NCBI GenBank assembly: GCA_964372025.1
Contig: CAYJPF010000001.1
Coordinates: 21,696 to 85,695 of the forward strand
Source: an uncultured Peptococcaceae bacterium
Lineage (GTDB): Bacteria; Bacillota; Dehalobacteriia; UBA4068
DNA: 64,000 nucleotides
Direction: 5' to 3'
Below are positions 29,695-38,631 of this stretch, piece by piece. How positions within the stretch are numbered: the stretch's first letter is position 1; the number at the start of each line of letters is the position of its first letter. Both the position numbers and the translations under genes were made by a program. Under the pieces are notes generated by a model. It was not told the origin of the DNA, did not search any database, and saw only the letters and a list, made by a program, of their open reading frames with translations.

Positions 29695-29861
29695 CTATCT
29701 TTCTTAAAAACTTAGAAATAACTTATAGCTTATGTTAATTATAACACACCTATTGTTTCGCATCAAGTATTTTTCATATTTTTCTTAATTTTTTTAATAT
29801 TTATAATTTTTTGACTATTCTACTTGTAGCTATTATTATAATATATATAATTGTTAAGTAT

Positions 29862-30146
29862 ATATATATACCACCCGTCCCCACCCCCACCCTCATATTA
29901 TATTCTATACATATATAATAATCCATTACAATTATATTACAAATATATTAATATTATATTATATGTATTTACTAATAATATAATACATAGTATTATATTA
30001 TTTATATATTAATATTACATAGTAATATTAATATAGTATTTATATGTAATATAATTGTAATATTATATTAATATATATGTAATTGATTATTATTAATAAA
30101 TATAATATAATATGAGGGTGGGGGTGGGGACGGGTGGTATATATAT
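29862..30146. repeat. 285-bp imperfect palindrome with perfect 44-bp GC-rich terminal arms, in the divergent intergenic region
   Basis: Left arm 29862-29905 (TATATATATACCACCCGTCCCCACCCCCACCCTCATATTATATT) is the exact reverse complement of right arm 30103-30146. The 197-bp AT-only spacer is itself imperfectly palindromic. The arms carry four G-runs (GGGTGGGGGTGGGGACGGG). Confidence 0.8.
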
Positions 30147-30211
30147 GCTATTAAAAAACGATTGTCAATACAAAAATGAAAAATAAATAAAAAATATTTT
30201 TAAAAAAGTAT

Positions 30212-30240
30212 TGACACGAAATACAAAATGTGTTATATTT
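30212..30240 (+). promoter_or_regulatory. sigma70-type promoter of the plus-strand early operon
   Basis: TTGACA, 17 bp, then TGtTATATT (extended -10), about 40 bp upstream of the 30282 start. Confidence 0.5.
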
Positions 30241-30281
30241 AATACATAGTTTAAAAACAAAGGATTGAAAGGAGAAATAAG

Positions 30282-30971
30282 ATGAATAAGAAAAAATTAA
30301 AATGTGATTTTCACACACATCCATTATCGCATAGATACTATCCTATGGAATGCATATATAGTGCCAAAAAAAATGAAAATGGTATGGTTATACTATCTGA
30401 TGAAGATAAGAAAAGAATAGAGGAATTTGTTCACTATTGCATAGATGAAAGAGAATTAGATGTGGTTGCAATAACTGATCACGATTTGGCAGAGAGTTCT
30501 ATATACGCAAGAGAATATGTGAAAGAGAACAATCTCCCAATTAAAATCATAATTGGAGCTGAATGCGAAATAATATTACTAGATTCATTTGCAGATGGAT
30601 ATGTTCATTTGCTTGTGCTTGGGCTAGAAGATATACCAGAACATCCTAGATATATGACAATAGAAGAAATGCAAAAGTTTGTAGACGATATTCAAAGAAA
30701 AAATGGATATGTAATTATGGCTCATCCAAAATATTCTGAATTTATATTTTATAATTTATGCGAATATTTAGATGGATATGAAGAGTTAAACAGAGATACT
30801 ATTTCATTTGAAATAGATAAAAATAAAGCAAGAGACAGAAAAAATTTGGAGCATCTAAGAGCATTTAAAAATTCTGATATTCATTTTTTTGGAGAAGGGC
30901 ATACTCCTCTTCCAACATATTATAATGAATTAGACGAAGATGATGAGATGCTAAGAAATTTATTGTATTAA
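30282..30971 (+). CDS. PHP-domain metal-dependent phosphoesterase
   Basis: CDFHTHP (HxH), ITDHD, IIGAE and MAHP motifs of the PHP fold. Confidence 0.55.
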   Translation: MNKKKLKCDFHTHPLSHRYYPMECIYSAKKNENGMVILSDEDKKRIEEFVHYCIDERELDVVAITDHDLAESSIYAREYVKENNLPIKIIIGAECEIILLDSFADGYVHLLVLGLEDIPEHPRYMTIEEMQKFVDDIQRKNGYVIMAHPKYSEFIFYNLCEYLDGYEELNRDTISFEIDKNKARDRKNLEHLRAFKNSDIHFFGEGHTPLPTYYNELDEDDEMLRNLLY

Positions 30972-30984
30972 AGGAGAATTAAAA

Positions 30985-31218
30985 ATGTTATTTTATTCAA
31001 TATCAAAGCACGCAAAATTTAGGGGAATTGAAGATGAAGATTCAATTATAGCAATAAGCTGTGTTATAAAGCAAGATGAAAAAGATTTGACTGACAAAGA
31101 ATTATCTGAAAAGCATAGGGCTTGGGTTAGCAATCAATTATCAGTGCCTTTAATATACATAGTTTCATTAAGTGAAGAAGAATATCTTAAAAAATCGGAG
31201 GAAGAAGATGGAAAATAA
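30985..31218 (+). CDS. hypothetical protein
   Basis: 77-aa ORF with RBS AAGGAGAA. Confidence 0.4.
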   Translation: MLFYSISKHAKFRGIEDEDSIIAISCVIKQDEKDLTDKELSEKHRAWVSNQLSVPLIYIVSLSEEEYLKKSEEEDGK

Positions 31219-31537
31219 TTTTAAATCAGAGCATATTTGCAGAAATAAAAATACAAACAAAGGAAATAGTGTTTGCTTAAGAGTATCATCAAATAGCACA
31301 TATGTAAATACCTGTTTGCTAGATGAAATTAACTATTTATATAATGAGCATAACATTGTGATTCTTGAACATTATTGTGGATATGGTTCAGGAAAAGGAT
31401 CTATAAGTGTAGGCATATTAGAAGCTGAAACTATGGAAAGCTTAGGATATGAGAGAGTGATTGATGTTGTTGATACAGATGAATTTAAAACTGTAATTGC
31501 ATTTGTATCTAAATCTCCATTGCCACATAAGGTATAG
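31208..31537 (+). CDS. hypothetical protein
   Basis: Start reassigned to the MENNF ATG, which has RBS GAGGAAGAAG. The ORF-track start at 31172 lacks an RBS. Confidence 0.35.
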   Translation: MENNFKSEHICRNKNTNKGNSVCLRVSSNSTYVNTCLLDEINYLYNEHNIVILEHYCGYGSGKGSISVGILEAETMESLGYERVIDVVDTDEFKTVIAFVSKSPLPHKV

Positions 31538-31549
31538 AAAGGAGTTTTT

Positions 31550-31840
31550 ATGTTAACGACGTTGATATTTTTTAGTATCTTATTTGGGAGTTCATTACTT
31601 ATTAGATTTATTGGAAAAAGAATAAGTTTTCATCAACAATACCATTACGAGAGAGTATATAATGGCTTTTTAGAGAATTATGAACTATATACAACTCAAG
31701 AACTTTATGATTGGAAATATCTCCTAGAAGATGATATTGCTTTTAGAGATAAAAATCCTTATAATAGAAAAATGTTAAATTTAATAGACGATCAAATAAT
31801 TAAAATGGATTTAAAGGCAGGGGATGTTTATGAAGCTTAA
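31550..31840 (+). CDS. hypothetical membrane protein
   Basis: N-terminal TM helix LIFFSILFGSSLLI. RBS AAAGGAG. Confidence 0.4.
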   Translation: MLTTLIFFSILFGSSLLIRFIGKRISFHQQYHYERVYNGFLENYELYTTQELYDWKYLLEDDIAFRDKNPYNRKMLNLIDDQIIKMDLKAGDVYEA

Positions 31841-32084
31841 AGATGCGATGCATAAAGTTGCAGAAGAATATTATGCTGAAGATATCTATTTTGTTGTCAT
31901 CTATGATGTATATAAAAATCAAGTTTTATTTGACGACAGCGTAGATAAAATTGACAAAAATTTCATTTTTTTGGAAAATGCAAATGTTATATCATATAGC
32001 TATTTATACGAAACTATCTATTTCATTACCAATACAGATATTGAATTGGAAGTATTTGAAGAATACTATGATGATCACAACTAG
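31824..32084 (+). CDS. hypothetical protein
   Basis: 86-aa ORF overlapping the previous stop. Confidence 0.35.
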   Translation: MFMKLKDAMHKVAEEYYAEDIYFVVIYDVYKNQVLFDDSVDKIDKNFIFLENANVISYSYLYETIYFITNTDIELEVFEEYYDDHN

Positions 32085-32193
32085 AAAGTGAGGGCTTTAG
32101 TGAATTACAAATCAAATATAATAGACATAACATTGTTAATTTCAGCAATTGTGTTATTAATAGTCGTTGTTTCAAAAATTTTATAGAAAGGAA

Positions 32194-32751
32194 ATGCAAG
32201 ATATGGAAACCAAAAAAATATATAAGCATCGTACATTTGATGATATAATTATTCCTGTCTATGAGACATCTACGCATATAGCATATTTAGGAAATTATGA
32301 GACAGAAACTATAGTCGTAATTGAAAAACGTAAGTGTATACCTATATCATATGAAGACTGCATAAAAGAGCTAAGTGAAAAAATGGGAAATTATGAAAAT
32401 AAAATACAGGAAATTAATTTGCAAATTAAAAATATAGATGTTTCAGAATGTCTAAAGATGGATATTTATAATACGCTAAAAAATATTTATAATCAAGCAA
32501 CATCTGTTTCAAATCTTATCCATCAATCAGATGACCCGTTCGAAGATAGTAATATAGCTGAAATATTGAAAGAAATTGATAAGATTTACAGATTTAAAAA
32601 AACATACAAAGATTTATGTAGAAAAAATCAGTCTTACAGCCAATTTACCAAAATATATAATTTAGAAAAGACAAAGAATACATACGAACGACATAAAGAA
32701 AACATTGCGAGTATTGCAAACAGAGTAAATAAATATGTTATAAAGGAGTAA
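32194..32751 (+). CDS. hypothetical protein
   Basis: Start reassigned to MQDMET, which has RBS GAAAGGA. Confidence 0.4.
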   Translation: MQDMETKKIYKHRTFDDIIIPVYETSTHIAYLGNYETETIVVIEKRKCIPISYEDCIKELSEKMGNYENKIQEINLQIKNIDVSECLKMDIYNTLKNIYNQATSVSNLIHQSDDPFEDSNIAEILKEIDKIYRFKKTYKDLCRKNQSYSQFTKIYNLEKTKNTYERHKENIASIANRVNKYVIKE

Positions 32752-33104
32752 TGAATATGAAACAAAATAAAAAAACAAAAGAATTGATCACTTTAATATC
32801 TGAAAATACCGACCTCCCAATTAAATTTATGGTAAATTCAGATATTATAACTGAAGAAGGGTACTCATATTACCTCGCAGACTTAGAATCATTTAACATA
32901 GAAGAATATACCGAATACGAAGAAACAATCCATTTTAGATCGGATATTGGAGATTTGATTGATGCTTACTATAACCAAAATGCAGATGAGATACATAGTA
33001 AACTTGGTGTTAATGATGTCAATGATAGTAAAATTGATGAATTTATAATATCTCAATTTGAAGATAAATGGACAAAAGCTATTTTAATTTGGGTAGGATT
33101 ATAG
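32751..33104 (+). CDS. hypothetical acidic protein
   Basis: 117-aa ORF with an ATGA start/stop overlap and RBS AAGGAG. Confidence 0.4.
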   Translation: MNMKQNKKTKELITLISENTDLPIKFMVNSDIITEEGYSYYLADLESFNIEEYTEYEETIHFRSDIGDLIDAYYNQNADEIHSKLGVNDVNDSKIDEFIISQFEDKWTKAILIWVGL

Positions 33105-33116
33105 GAGGAAAAATTT

Positions 33117-33422
33117 ATGGCATATTTAGACACACCTCAAACAAGGTATTTGATTTCAGATGATAATAAACCTTGCATACAATGTGGACTTAAAACTCCT
33201 TTAATTGAAATCTACAGTGAAGCTCGGTTTTGTGGAGATAGATGTACAAGTGAATTTTGGACTGAGGCTAATAAAAAAATTAAGGAATCCGACAAAGAAG
33301 ATGAAGAAGATGAAGAAGATGAAGAAGAATTTCTTGAGAAATTAGAATCTTCGGAAGTAAATGAAAAATTAGACAAAATAATTGAAGGACTTGAAAATCT
33401 GATTGAAAATATAAAAGACTAG
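33117..33422 (+). CDS. hypothetical zinc-ribbon protein with poly-acidic tract
   Basis: CIQCG...CGDRC motifs and (EDE)n from a GAAGAT hexamer repeat. Confidence 0.4.
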   Translation: MAYLDTPQTRYLISDDNKPCIQCGLKTPLIEIYSEARFCGDRCTSEFWTEANKKIKESDKEDEEDEEDEEEFLEKLESSEVNEKLDKIIEGLENLIENIKD

Positions 33423-33442
33423 GAATTTCCTAGTCTTTTTAA
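33419..33442 (+). terminator. rho-independent terminator
   Basis: Hairpin CTAGGAATTTCCTAG followed by TCTTTTT. Confidence 0.5.
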
Positions 33443-33883
33443 ATAGCAATATTATTTTCCTTGTCTAATTTGAGACAATGCATCTCCATAGCATCCATTT
33501 ATCATTTCGATAGTTTCAATTATGTTTCTCATTTTCTTTTTCCTTTCTATTAAAATATTTTGATTGATTATTTATCTTTCTATATATAGTATACAACATT
33601 GATTGCTTTAAAATATCGTTCATTGTATATGAATATTGATATCTTCGTATGTGTATTTTATCTAAGGAGTTCAAGAAAAGATACTTGTGTGTACATATAC
33701 CCCTGCCATACAGTATTGCAAATATGTAAACATAGGGGGTATATGTAGTTTAAATAAATCGAATTTAAAATAAATATTGTTTTTAATAGGCAAGGCTGTG
33801 TGCATATAAAATAATCGCTTAGAGGTACGATTATTGTGATTTAAATTCTTTTATAAATTTTTGAATTATTTTTAAAAAAAGGT

Positions 33884-33918
33884 TGACAAGAAAGATTTGT
33901 TGTGCTATACTTAATATA
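33884..33918 (+). promoter_or_regulatory. sigma70-type promoter
   Basis: TTGACA, 17 bp, then TATACT. Confidence 0.5.
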
Positions 33919-33973
33919 AATAAGAAATCAATAGGAAATAACGAACAATTTTAAGAATAGAAAGGAAATAAAA

Positions 33974-34408
33974 ATGTTTAAAAGAAAATTAGAATTTTAT
34001 TCAGTTGGAGAAAAATTACCAGAAGAAGAAGGGGATGTTCTTACAATAACAGATAATGATAACTATGCAATGCTTAATTATTCACTAAAACATAAAGCAT
34101 TTAACGCATATAGCTACAGTGATGATTGTAAACATAAAATAGATGTAAAATATTGGGCATACATTCCTCACCCATTTGTTTTAACCAAAGGAATGTGTGG
34201 AGATAATAAAAGGGGAATATATGAGCATATTAGAAAAAAAGAAGTGGAAGATGGGCATCAAATGAGAAAGTTGTGGAAAATGATAGAAGATGAGTGCTAT
34301 AAAGAAGACATATCATCGCTTTTAAATCGTTATGATTTAACTTTTGATGAATGGCATGATTTAAAAAACGTATTTGAGACACTAATGATTGGAGATTGGA
34401 GAGATTAA
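33974..34408 (+). CDS. hypothetical protein
   Basis: 144 aa. Its C-terminal 45 aa are paralogous to the next small ORF. Confidence 0.4.
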   Translation: MFKRKLEFYSVGEKLPEEEGDVLTITDNDNYAMLNYSLKHKAFNAYSYSDDCKHKIDVKYWAYIPHPFVLTKGMCGDNKRGIYEHIRKKEVEDGHQMRKLWKMIEDECYKEDISSLLNRYDLTFDEWHDLKNVFETLMIGDWRD

Positions 34409-34409
34409 A

Positions 34410-34568
34410 TTATGGATGTTGAAAAATTAAATAGATTCTGGATGATGATAGAGAATGAATTAGGCGGACGCAATCTTAGATCACTTTTGCAATACTATGG
34501 TTTGACTAAAAAAGATTGGTTTGAAATGGAAGAAATATTTGATAAGCTAATAATTAAAGATTGGAGAA
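34410..34568 (+). CDS. hypothetical small protein (paralog of the C-terminus of the preceding gene; not in the ORF track)
   Basis: 52-aa ORF MDVEKLNRFWMMIENEL..DWRKIDD. It resembles KLWKMIEDEC...IGDWRD of the upstream gene. Confidence 0.35.
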
Positions 34569-34574
34569 AAATAG

Positions 34575-34775
34575 ATGACTAATTACGAATTTTTGCAAAA
34601 CAACAAGATTTACTTAGCTAAATTACTAGTAGACACATCATTTTACAGACAACACTCTGGAGATAGTGGAACTTATTATTTTGATGAAAGGACTTTTTAC
34701 GAAAGGTCTGATTGCATCAAATATGTTGTAAATTGGCTAGACAATGAAAGAAGTGAAGAGCAATGGAAAATATAA
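34575..34775 (+). CDS. hypothetical protein
   Basis: 66-aa ORF. Confidence 0.35.
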   Translation: MTNYEFLQNNKIYLAKLLVDTSFYRQHSGDSGTYYFDERTFYERSDCIKYVVNWLDNERSEEQWKI

Positions 34776-34919
34776 TACAAAAAATATGCAGACTAATAAC
34801 AAAACATAAATTTAGAAAGCAGATAGCATATTCTGTAGGAATCGAACCTACCGAATATTATCACGAATGCAAAATATGCAAATATAATTTTTGGAATTAT
34901 ATAGGAAAGGAAGTGTAAA

Positions 34920-35159
34920 ATGAAAAGATATGATTTATATGTGAAAGCGAAATGTTTAAAAACTGGAAAATATGTGGTTGGCTTCTACGAAGAGAGATTT
35001 GAAAGCAATCAATTTGGGTTATCTCAAACAAATTCATATATCAGACAACCCAGCATATTTTTAAATGGAAAGTCAAAAGTATTTTTGGTTGATCCTAGAA
35101 CAATATTGAAATACACAGGAGAGAAAGATAAAGAAGGATTTTTGATTTTTGAATCATAG
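34920..35159 (+). CDS. hypothetical protein
   Basis: 79-aa ORF with RBS GGAAAGGAAG. Confidence 0.4.
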   Translation: MKRYDLYVKAKCLKTGKYVVGFYEERFESNQFGLSQTNSYIRQPSIFLNGKSKVFLVDPRTILKYTGEKDKEGFLIFES

Positions 35160-35176
35160 ATAGTATGGAGGGATAA

Positions 35177-35470
35177 ATGCTATATCGAGGAAAGCCCAAA
35201 TATAGAAATTCAGATTATTGGGTGTATGGAGAATATAAAGAATATGGTGATGAAGGCGTAATATTCTACAGTTATAAATTAGATTCGTCGAAGATCACTG
35301 TAGAAATTATTATTGACAAAAACACTTTAGAAGTTTATGATGAATGCAGTACACTTATAAATACAAGCCAATTTAGAGGAGGGCATTCTAAAATTCCAAA
35401 ATTAATTTTTAACAACATTTGGGACTCAGGAAAGAAAAAAATTGCAAGAGATTTAGGAGATATAAAATGA
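35177..35470 (+). CDS. hypothetical protein
   Basis: 97-aa ORF with RBS GGAGGGA. Confidence 0.4.
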   Translation: MLYRGKPKYRNSDYWVYGEYKEYGDEGVIFYSYKLDSSKITVEIIIDKNTLEVYDECSTLINTSQFRGGHSKIPKLIFNNIWDSGKKKIARDLGDIK

Positions 35471-35895
35471 ATTTAAAAAAATTACTTAGAAAAATACCAG
35501 ACACTCAATTAATATATGTAAAACAAAATGCAAGAATATTACACAAAGGAAGAGCACATGAGACACCACAGGAATTATTTAAAAAAGAAGTGAAGATAAT
35601 ATTTCTCACTGAGGGACAATGCTTTGTGACACATGGAGTTTCCGTTCCATATATAGAAATCATTGTAGGAGATTCTGAGAAAGTTAAACCCCCTAAAGAT
35701 AAACCCCTGACCATTGAAGAATTGAAGAAAATGGAAGGAAAATCTGTTTGGATAGTTTGGGTTGGAGGAGCATCGTGGCACGTAATCAAGAAAGTTGATG
35801 ATGAAAATTATACTGTGTGGCTTAATGACAATCATTGTGTAAGTGTAGACTTAATTAAAACTGAGAAAGTTCGATGTTATACAAAAGAAATATAA
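35467..35895 (+). CDS. hypothetical protein
   Basis: Start reassigned to MNLKKLLRK (ATGA overlap with the upstream stop; RBS GGAGAT). Confidence 0.4.
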   Translation: MNLKKLLRKIPDTQLIYVKQNARILHKGRAHETPQELFKKEVKIIFLTEGQCFVTHGVSVPYIEIIVGDSEKVKPPKDKPLTIEELKKMEGKSVWIVWVGGASWHVIKKVDDENYTVWLNDNHCVSVDLIKTEKVRCYTKEI

Positions 35896-35911
35896 AAGAA
35901 GGTGAAATAAA

Positions 35912-36073
35912 ATGGAAATAAGTACAATCGAAAAAAGAACAGTTGGAGATTTGGGAAGAATTGTTATTCCTAAACAAATTAGAAAAGATTTAAATATAAA
36001 TGAAGGCGATTTGATGAAAATCACTGTAGATGGGAATAAAGTGATTTTTGAAAAGTGCGATGATGAGGAATAA
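35912..36073 (+). CDS. AbrB/MazE/SpoVT-family swapped-hairpin DNA-binding protein (not in the ORF track)
   Basis: 53 aa, MEISTIEKRTVGDLGRIVIPKQIRKDLNINEGD..., the signature of AbrB-type domains. RBS AAGGTGA. Confidence 0.5.
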   Translation: MEISTIEKRTVGDLGRIVIPKQIRKDLNINEGDLMKITVDGNKVIFEKCDDEE

Positions 36074-36474
36074 TGAGTATGGAAAATTCTTATGATTGCA
36101 TATATGCATATCCTGATTTAGATTGTGTTGGATGTTCTCATCCAGATAAGACGACAACAAGTATATGTGAGTGTAATCCAAATTGCAATTTGGGACGCAT
36201 TCCTAGATTTAAAACATTTTATTTATTTGAAGATAAAGATGAGCCACAAAAGTGGATTGATAGAGTGATAGATATAATTAAAGAAACATCTATTGATTTA
36301 AAAACTACATATACATATATAAACCCATATCAAGTTAAAACACCTTATTTTAAGGTAGTAATAAATGGAACACAAAGAGCAATGAGCTTGGGAACTATTA
36401 TGTACGATGGAGAAAAGCTACTTAATGAAATTAGAAAGATATGCAAAGAGCTAGGAATAATGAAGGAGGAATAA
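36073..36474 (+). CDS. hypothetical protein with Cys-rich N-terminus
   Basis: 133-aa ORF with a TAATG overlap. Confidence 0.4.
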   Translation: MSMENSYDCIYAYPDLDCVGCSHPDKTTTSICECNPNCNLGRIPRFKTFYLFEDKDEPQKWIDRVIDIIKETSIDLKTTYTYINPYQVKTPYFKVVINGTQRAMSLGTIMYDGEKLLNEIRKICKELGIMKEE

Positions 36475-36630
36475 TATGAATACTAAGATAATAAATTGTG
36501 TTGCAAACTGTTTGCGTTGTAAAAACAATACATCTGAAACTTATAATGATATAAAATGCAAACACATTGTTTTCTTTGATCATATTAGATTCAAATGTTA
36601 TAATTATATACGTGAGGATAGAAAGGGGAA

Positions 36631-37092
36631 ATGAGAATGGAAGATTATGTAATGAGAATGAGAATTACAATTTTTGATGAAGACCGAATTTTAAAAAACA
36701 AAGATGGTACGATAAAAGAAATTACCACTGATTATATTATAGATAAAGATATAGACAATTTGATAAGTAGATTTATAGATTATATTAATATTTGGGAAGA
36801 CAAACACTGGAAAGAATTTCCTACTTCAATCAGAATCTATAAAATAATGGAAGAACTAAAGAGGATTGATGAAAATTATTATAATACTATAATATCCATT
36901 GCAATTGATGGAGTGGAATATCACTATAATGCAAAGTATGATAAAGAAGAAGTGAAAACAGAGGGCTGTGTTTACTGCACAGGAGTTGTCTTAAACATAT
37001 ATGAAAGCGATGAAATATGCTTGACGGTGTTCGATATTGGAACAAATGGAGCAAATTTTTGTCCTAAATGTGGAAGGAAATTAAATGATTAA
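36631..37092 (+). CDS. hypothetical protein with C-terminal zinc ribbon
   Basis: CVYCTG...CPKCGRKL. Confidence 0.4.
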   Translation: MRMEDYVMRMRITIFDEDRILKNKDGTIKEITTDYIIDKDIDNLISRFIDYINIWEDKHWKEFPTSIRIYKIMEELKRIDENYYNTIISIAIDGVEYHYNAKYDKEEVKTEGCVYCTGVVLNIYESDEICLTVFDIGTNGANFCPKCGRKLND

Positions 37093-37321
37093 AGATATAT
37101 TAAGAATTATTGAATTACAAGTTAAATTAACAATGCATAAAATATTTTATAAGACTTTTTTAGTATCTTATGCTTTTCAAACAGAAGTAGGACTAGGTAT
37201 GGGTAGTTCAGCTATCTCTGCTAAAAATAAAAAAGATGCTATTTTCATAGCATTAGAAATAAATGATTTGCCTGACTTTAAGGATACAGAGAAAATTATT
37301 TTAAATGTAGAAAGGTTGTAA
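37085..37321 (+). CDS. hypothetical protein
   Basis: 78-aa ORF. Confidence 0.35.
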   Translation: MIKDILRIIELQVKLTMHKIFYKTFLVSYAFQTEVGLGMGSSAISAKNKKDAIFIALEINDLPDFKDTEKIILNVERL

Positions 37322-37327
37322 AACGTT

Positions 37328-37576
37328 ATGAATAAAATAGATGAGATTATAAAAAGGGTTCAATATGATATAGACTATGGCATAGAAGATGATGGTCAGT
37401 TTGATAGTGATATAAGAAAAATGATAAAGGTATTTAATCATATCAATACATTTGTCACGAGACATGGCACTATAACTTTGGAATGTGGGTCTGAATGGTT
37501 ATATCAGAGTGGTACTGGGCAAGAAGATGCGTTAGAACTAATAGGAAGAATACTAGATGAATTTGGCGATATGTGA
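37328..37576 (+). CDS. hypothetical protein
   Basis: 82-aa ORF. Confidence 0.35.
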   Translation: MNKIDEIIKRVQYDIDYGIEDDGQFDSDIRKMIKVFNHINTFVTRHGTITLECGSEWLYQSGTGQEDALELIGRILDEFGDM

Positions 37577-37608
37577 TAACAATGATATATATAAAGGAGG
37601 TATAAGAT

Positions 37609-37860
37609 ATGACAAAAGAAGAGATAGATAGTGCGTTTAAAAGAATTAGTCATCTTATAGATGCAAAAGATAATTGTGAAATGTACTTCAGTAAAAGTAT
37701 TAAAACAAATTCGAGATTTAATGAATACACAGAAAAATTTGAAGACGAATATGATATTAAAATTCAAATGAGACAACAACTAATAGATGATTTAAATATT
37801 GCTATTAGGTGTATGAAAGATCAAGCGAGGGAAAGATATGACAAAAGAACACTTATTTAA
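37609..37860 (+). CDS. hypothetical protein
   Basis: 83-aa ORF with RBS AAGGAGG. Confidence 0.4.
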   Translation: MTKEEIDSAFKRISHLIDAKDNCEMYFSKSIKTNSRFNEYTEKFEDEYDIKIQMRQQLIDDLNIAIRCMKDQARERYDKRTLI

Positions 37861-38215
37861 AATGTATGACAAATTGTGTGATGAATATGATGAATTGTGT
37901 AGAAAGATAAAAGAATTGCAAATAAAATTAGAAAGTAGCATAGAAATTCCTTGTGAAATTGGAGATAATTTATATTTTCTAATGACAGATGGAAGTATCT
38001 CAAAAGGAAAAGTCGTTGATTATACACATTTTATTTCTTGTGGGTTTTGCGTCGTAGTGGTCAGTGAAGACGGCATGTTTAACAAAATGAACATTCCTTT
38101 TGATGATTTAGATATAAACTCCCACAGACAAAATGGAAGAGCCAGTATATTTTTTAGCATGGAAGATGCTGAAGCTAAATTAAGAGAAATTAAGGAGAAG
38201 AGGAATACAATATGA
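37838..38215 (+). CDS. hypothetical protein
   Basis: 125-aa ORF. Confidence 0.35.
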   Translation: MTKEHLFKMYDKLCDEYDELCRKIKELQIKLESSIEIPCEIGDNLYFLMTDGSISKGKVVDYTHFISCGFCVVVVSEDGMFNKMNIPFDDLDINSHRQNGRASIFFSMEDAEAKLREIKEKRNTI

Positions 38216-38631
38216 AAGATTATACAATTAGTGAAATGATAGAAATATCAAATAAATATCTCGACAAACTAGGAGTGAAAGATGGTTCTTGTGCACAAAT
38301 TGATTGTACAGAGTGTGTATTTTTTTATGAAGATTACTCAGGGCATTTTTTAAAATGTGCTATAGAGAAGAGAGGATTTCCTGATATAGTAACGCTAAAT
38401 GAAATGCTATCTAAAGCAGAAGAATACATTGGCAAAATAGATTGGACTAAAGTAGAAGTTGATACTAAGATTTTGGTTAGAAGTAGTGTTGGTGGAAAAT
38501 GGTATAAAAAACATTTTGCTAAATATAAAGATGAAAAAGTATATGCCTTTTCAAATGGAGGAACATCTTTCTCATCAAAAGACCATCTAAGTGTTTGGGA
38601 AGAAGCCAAGCTGTATATGGAGGACGAATAA
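38212..38631 (+). CDS. hypothetical protein
   Basis: 139-aa ORF. Confidence 0.4.
   Translation: MKDYTISEMIEISNKYLDKLGVKDGSCAQIDCTECVFFYEDYSGHFLKCAIEKRGFPDIVTLNEMLSKAEEYIGKIDWTKVEVDTKILVRSSVGGKWYKKHFAKYKDEKVYAFSNGGTSFSSKDHLSVWEEAKLYMEDE

Noticed and set aside
34781-34890. Full tRNA gene
   Set aside because: Only a T-arm plus a 7-bp acceptor-like stem are present. There is no D-arm or anticodon arm. It is kept only as a tRNA-like hairpin or possible attP core.
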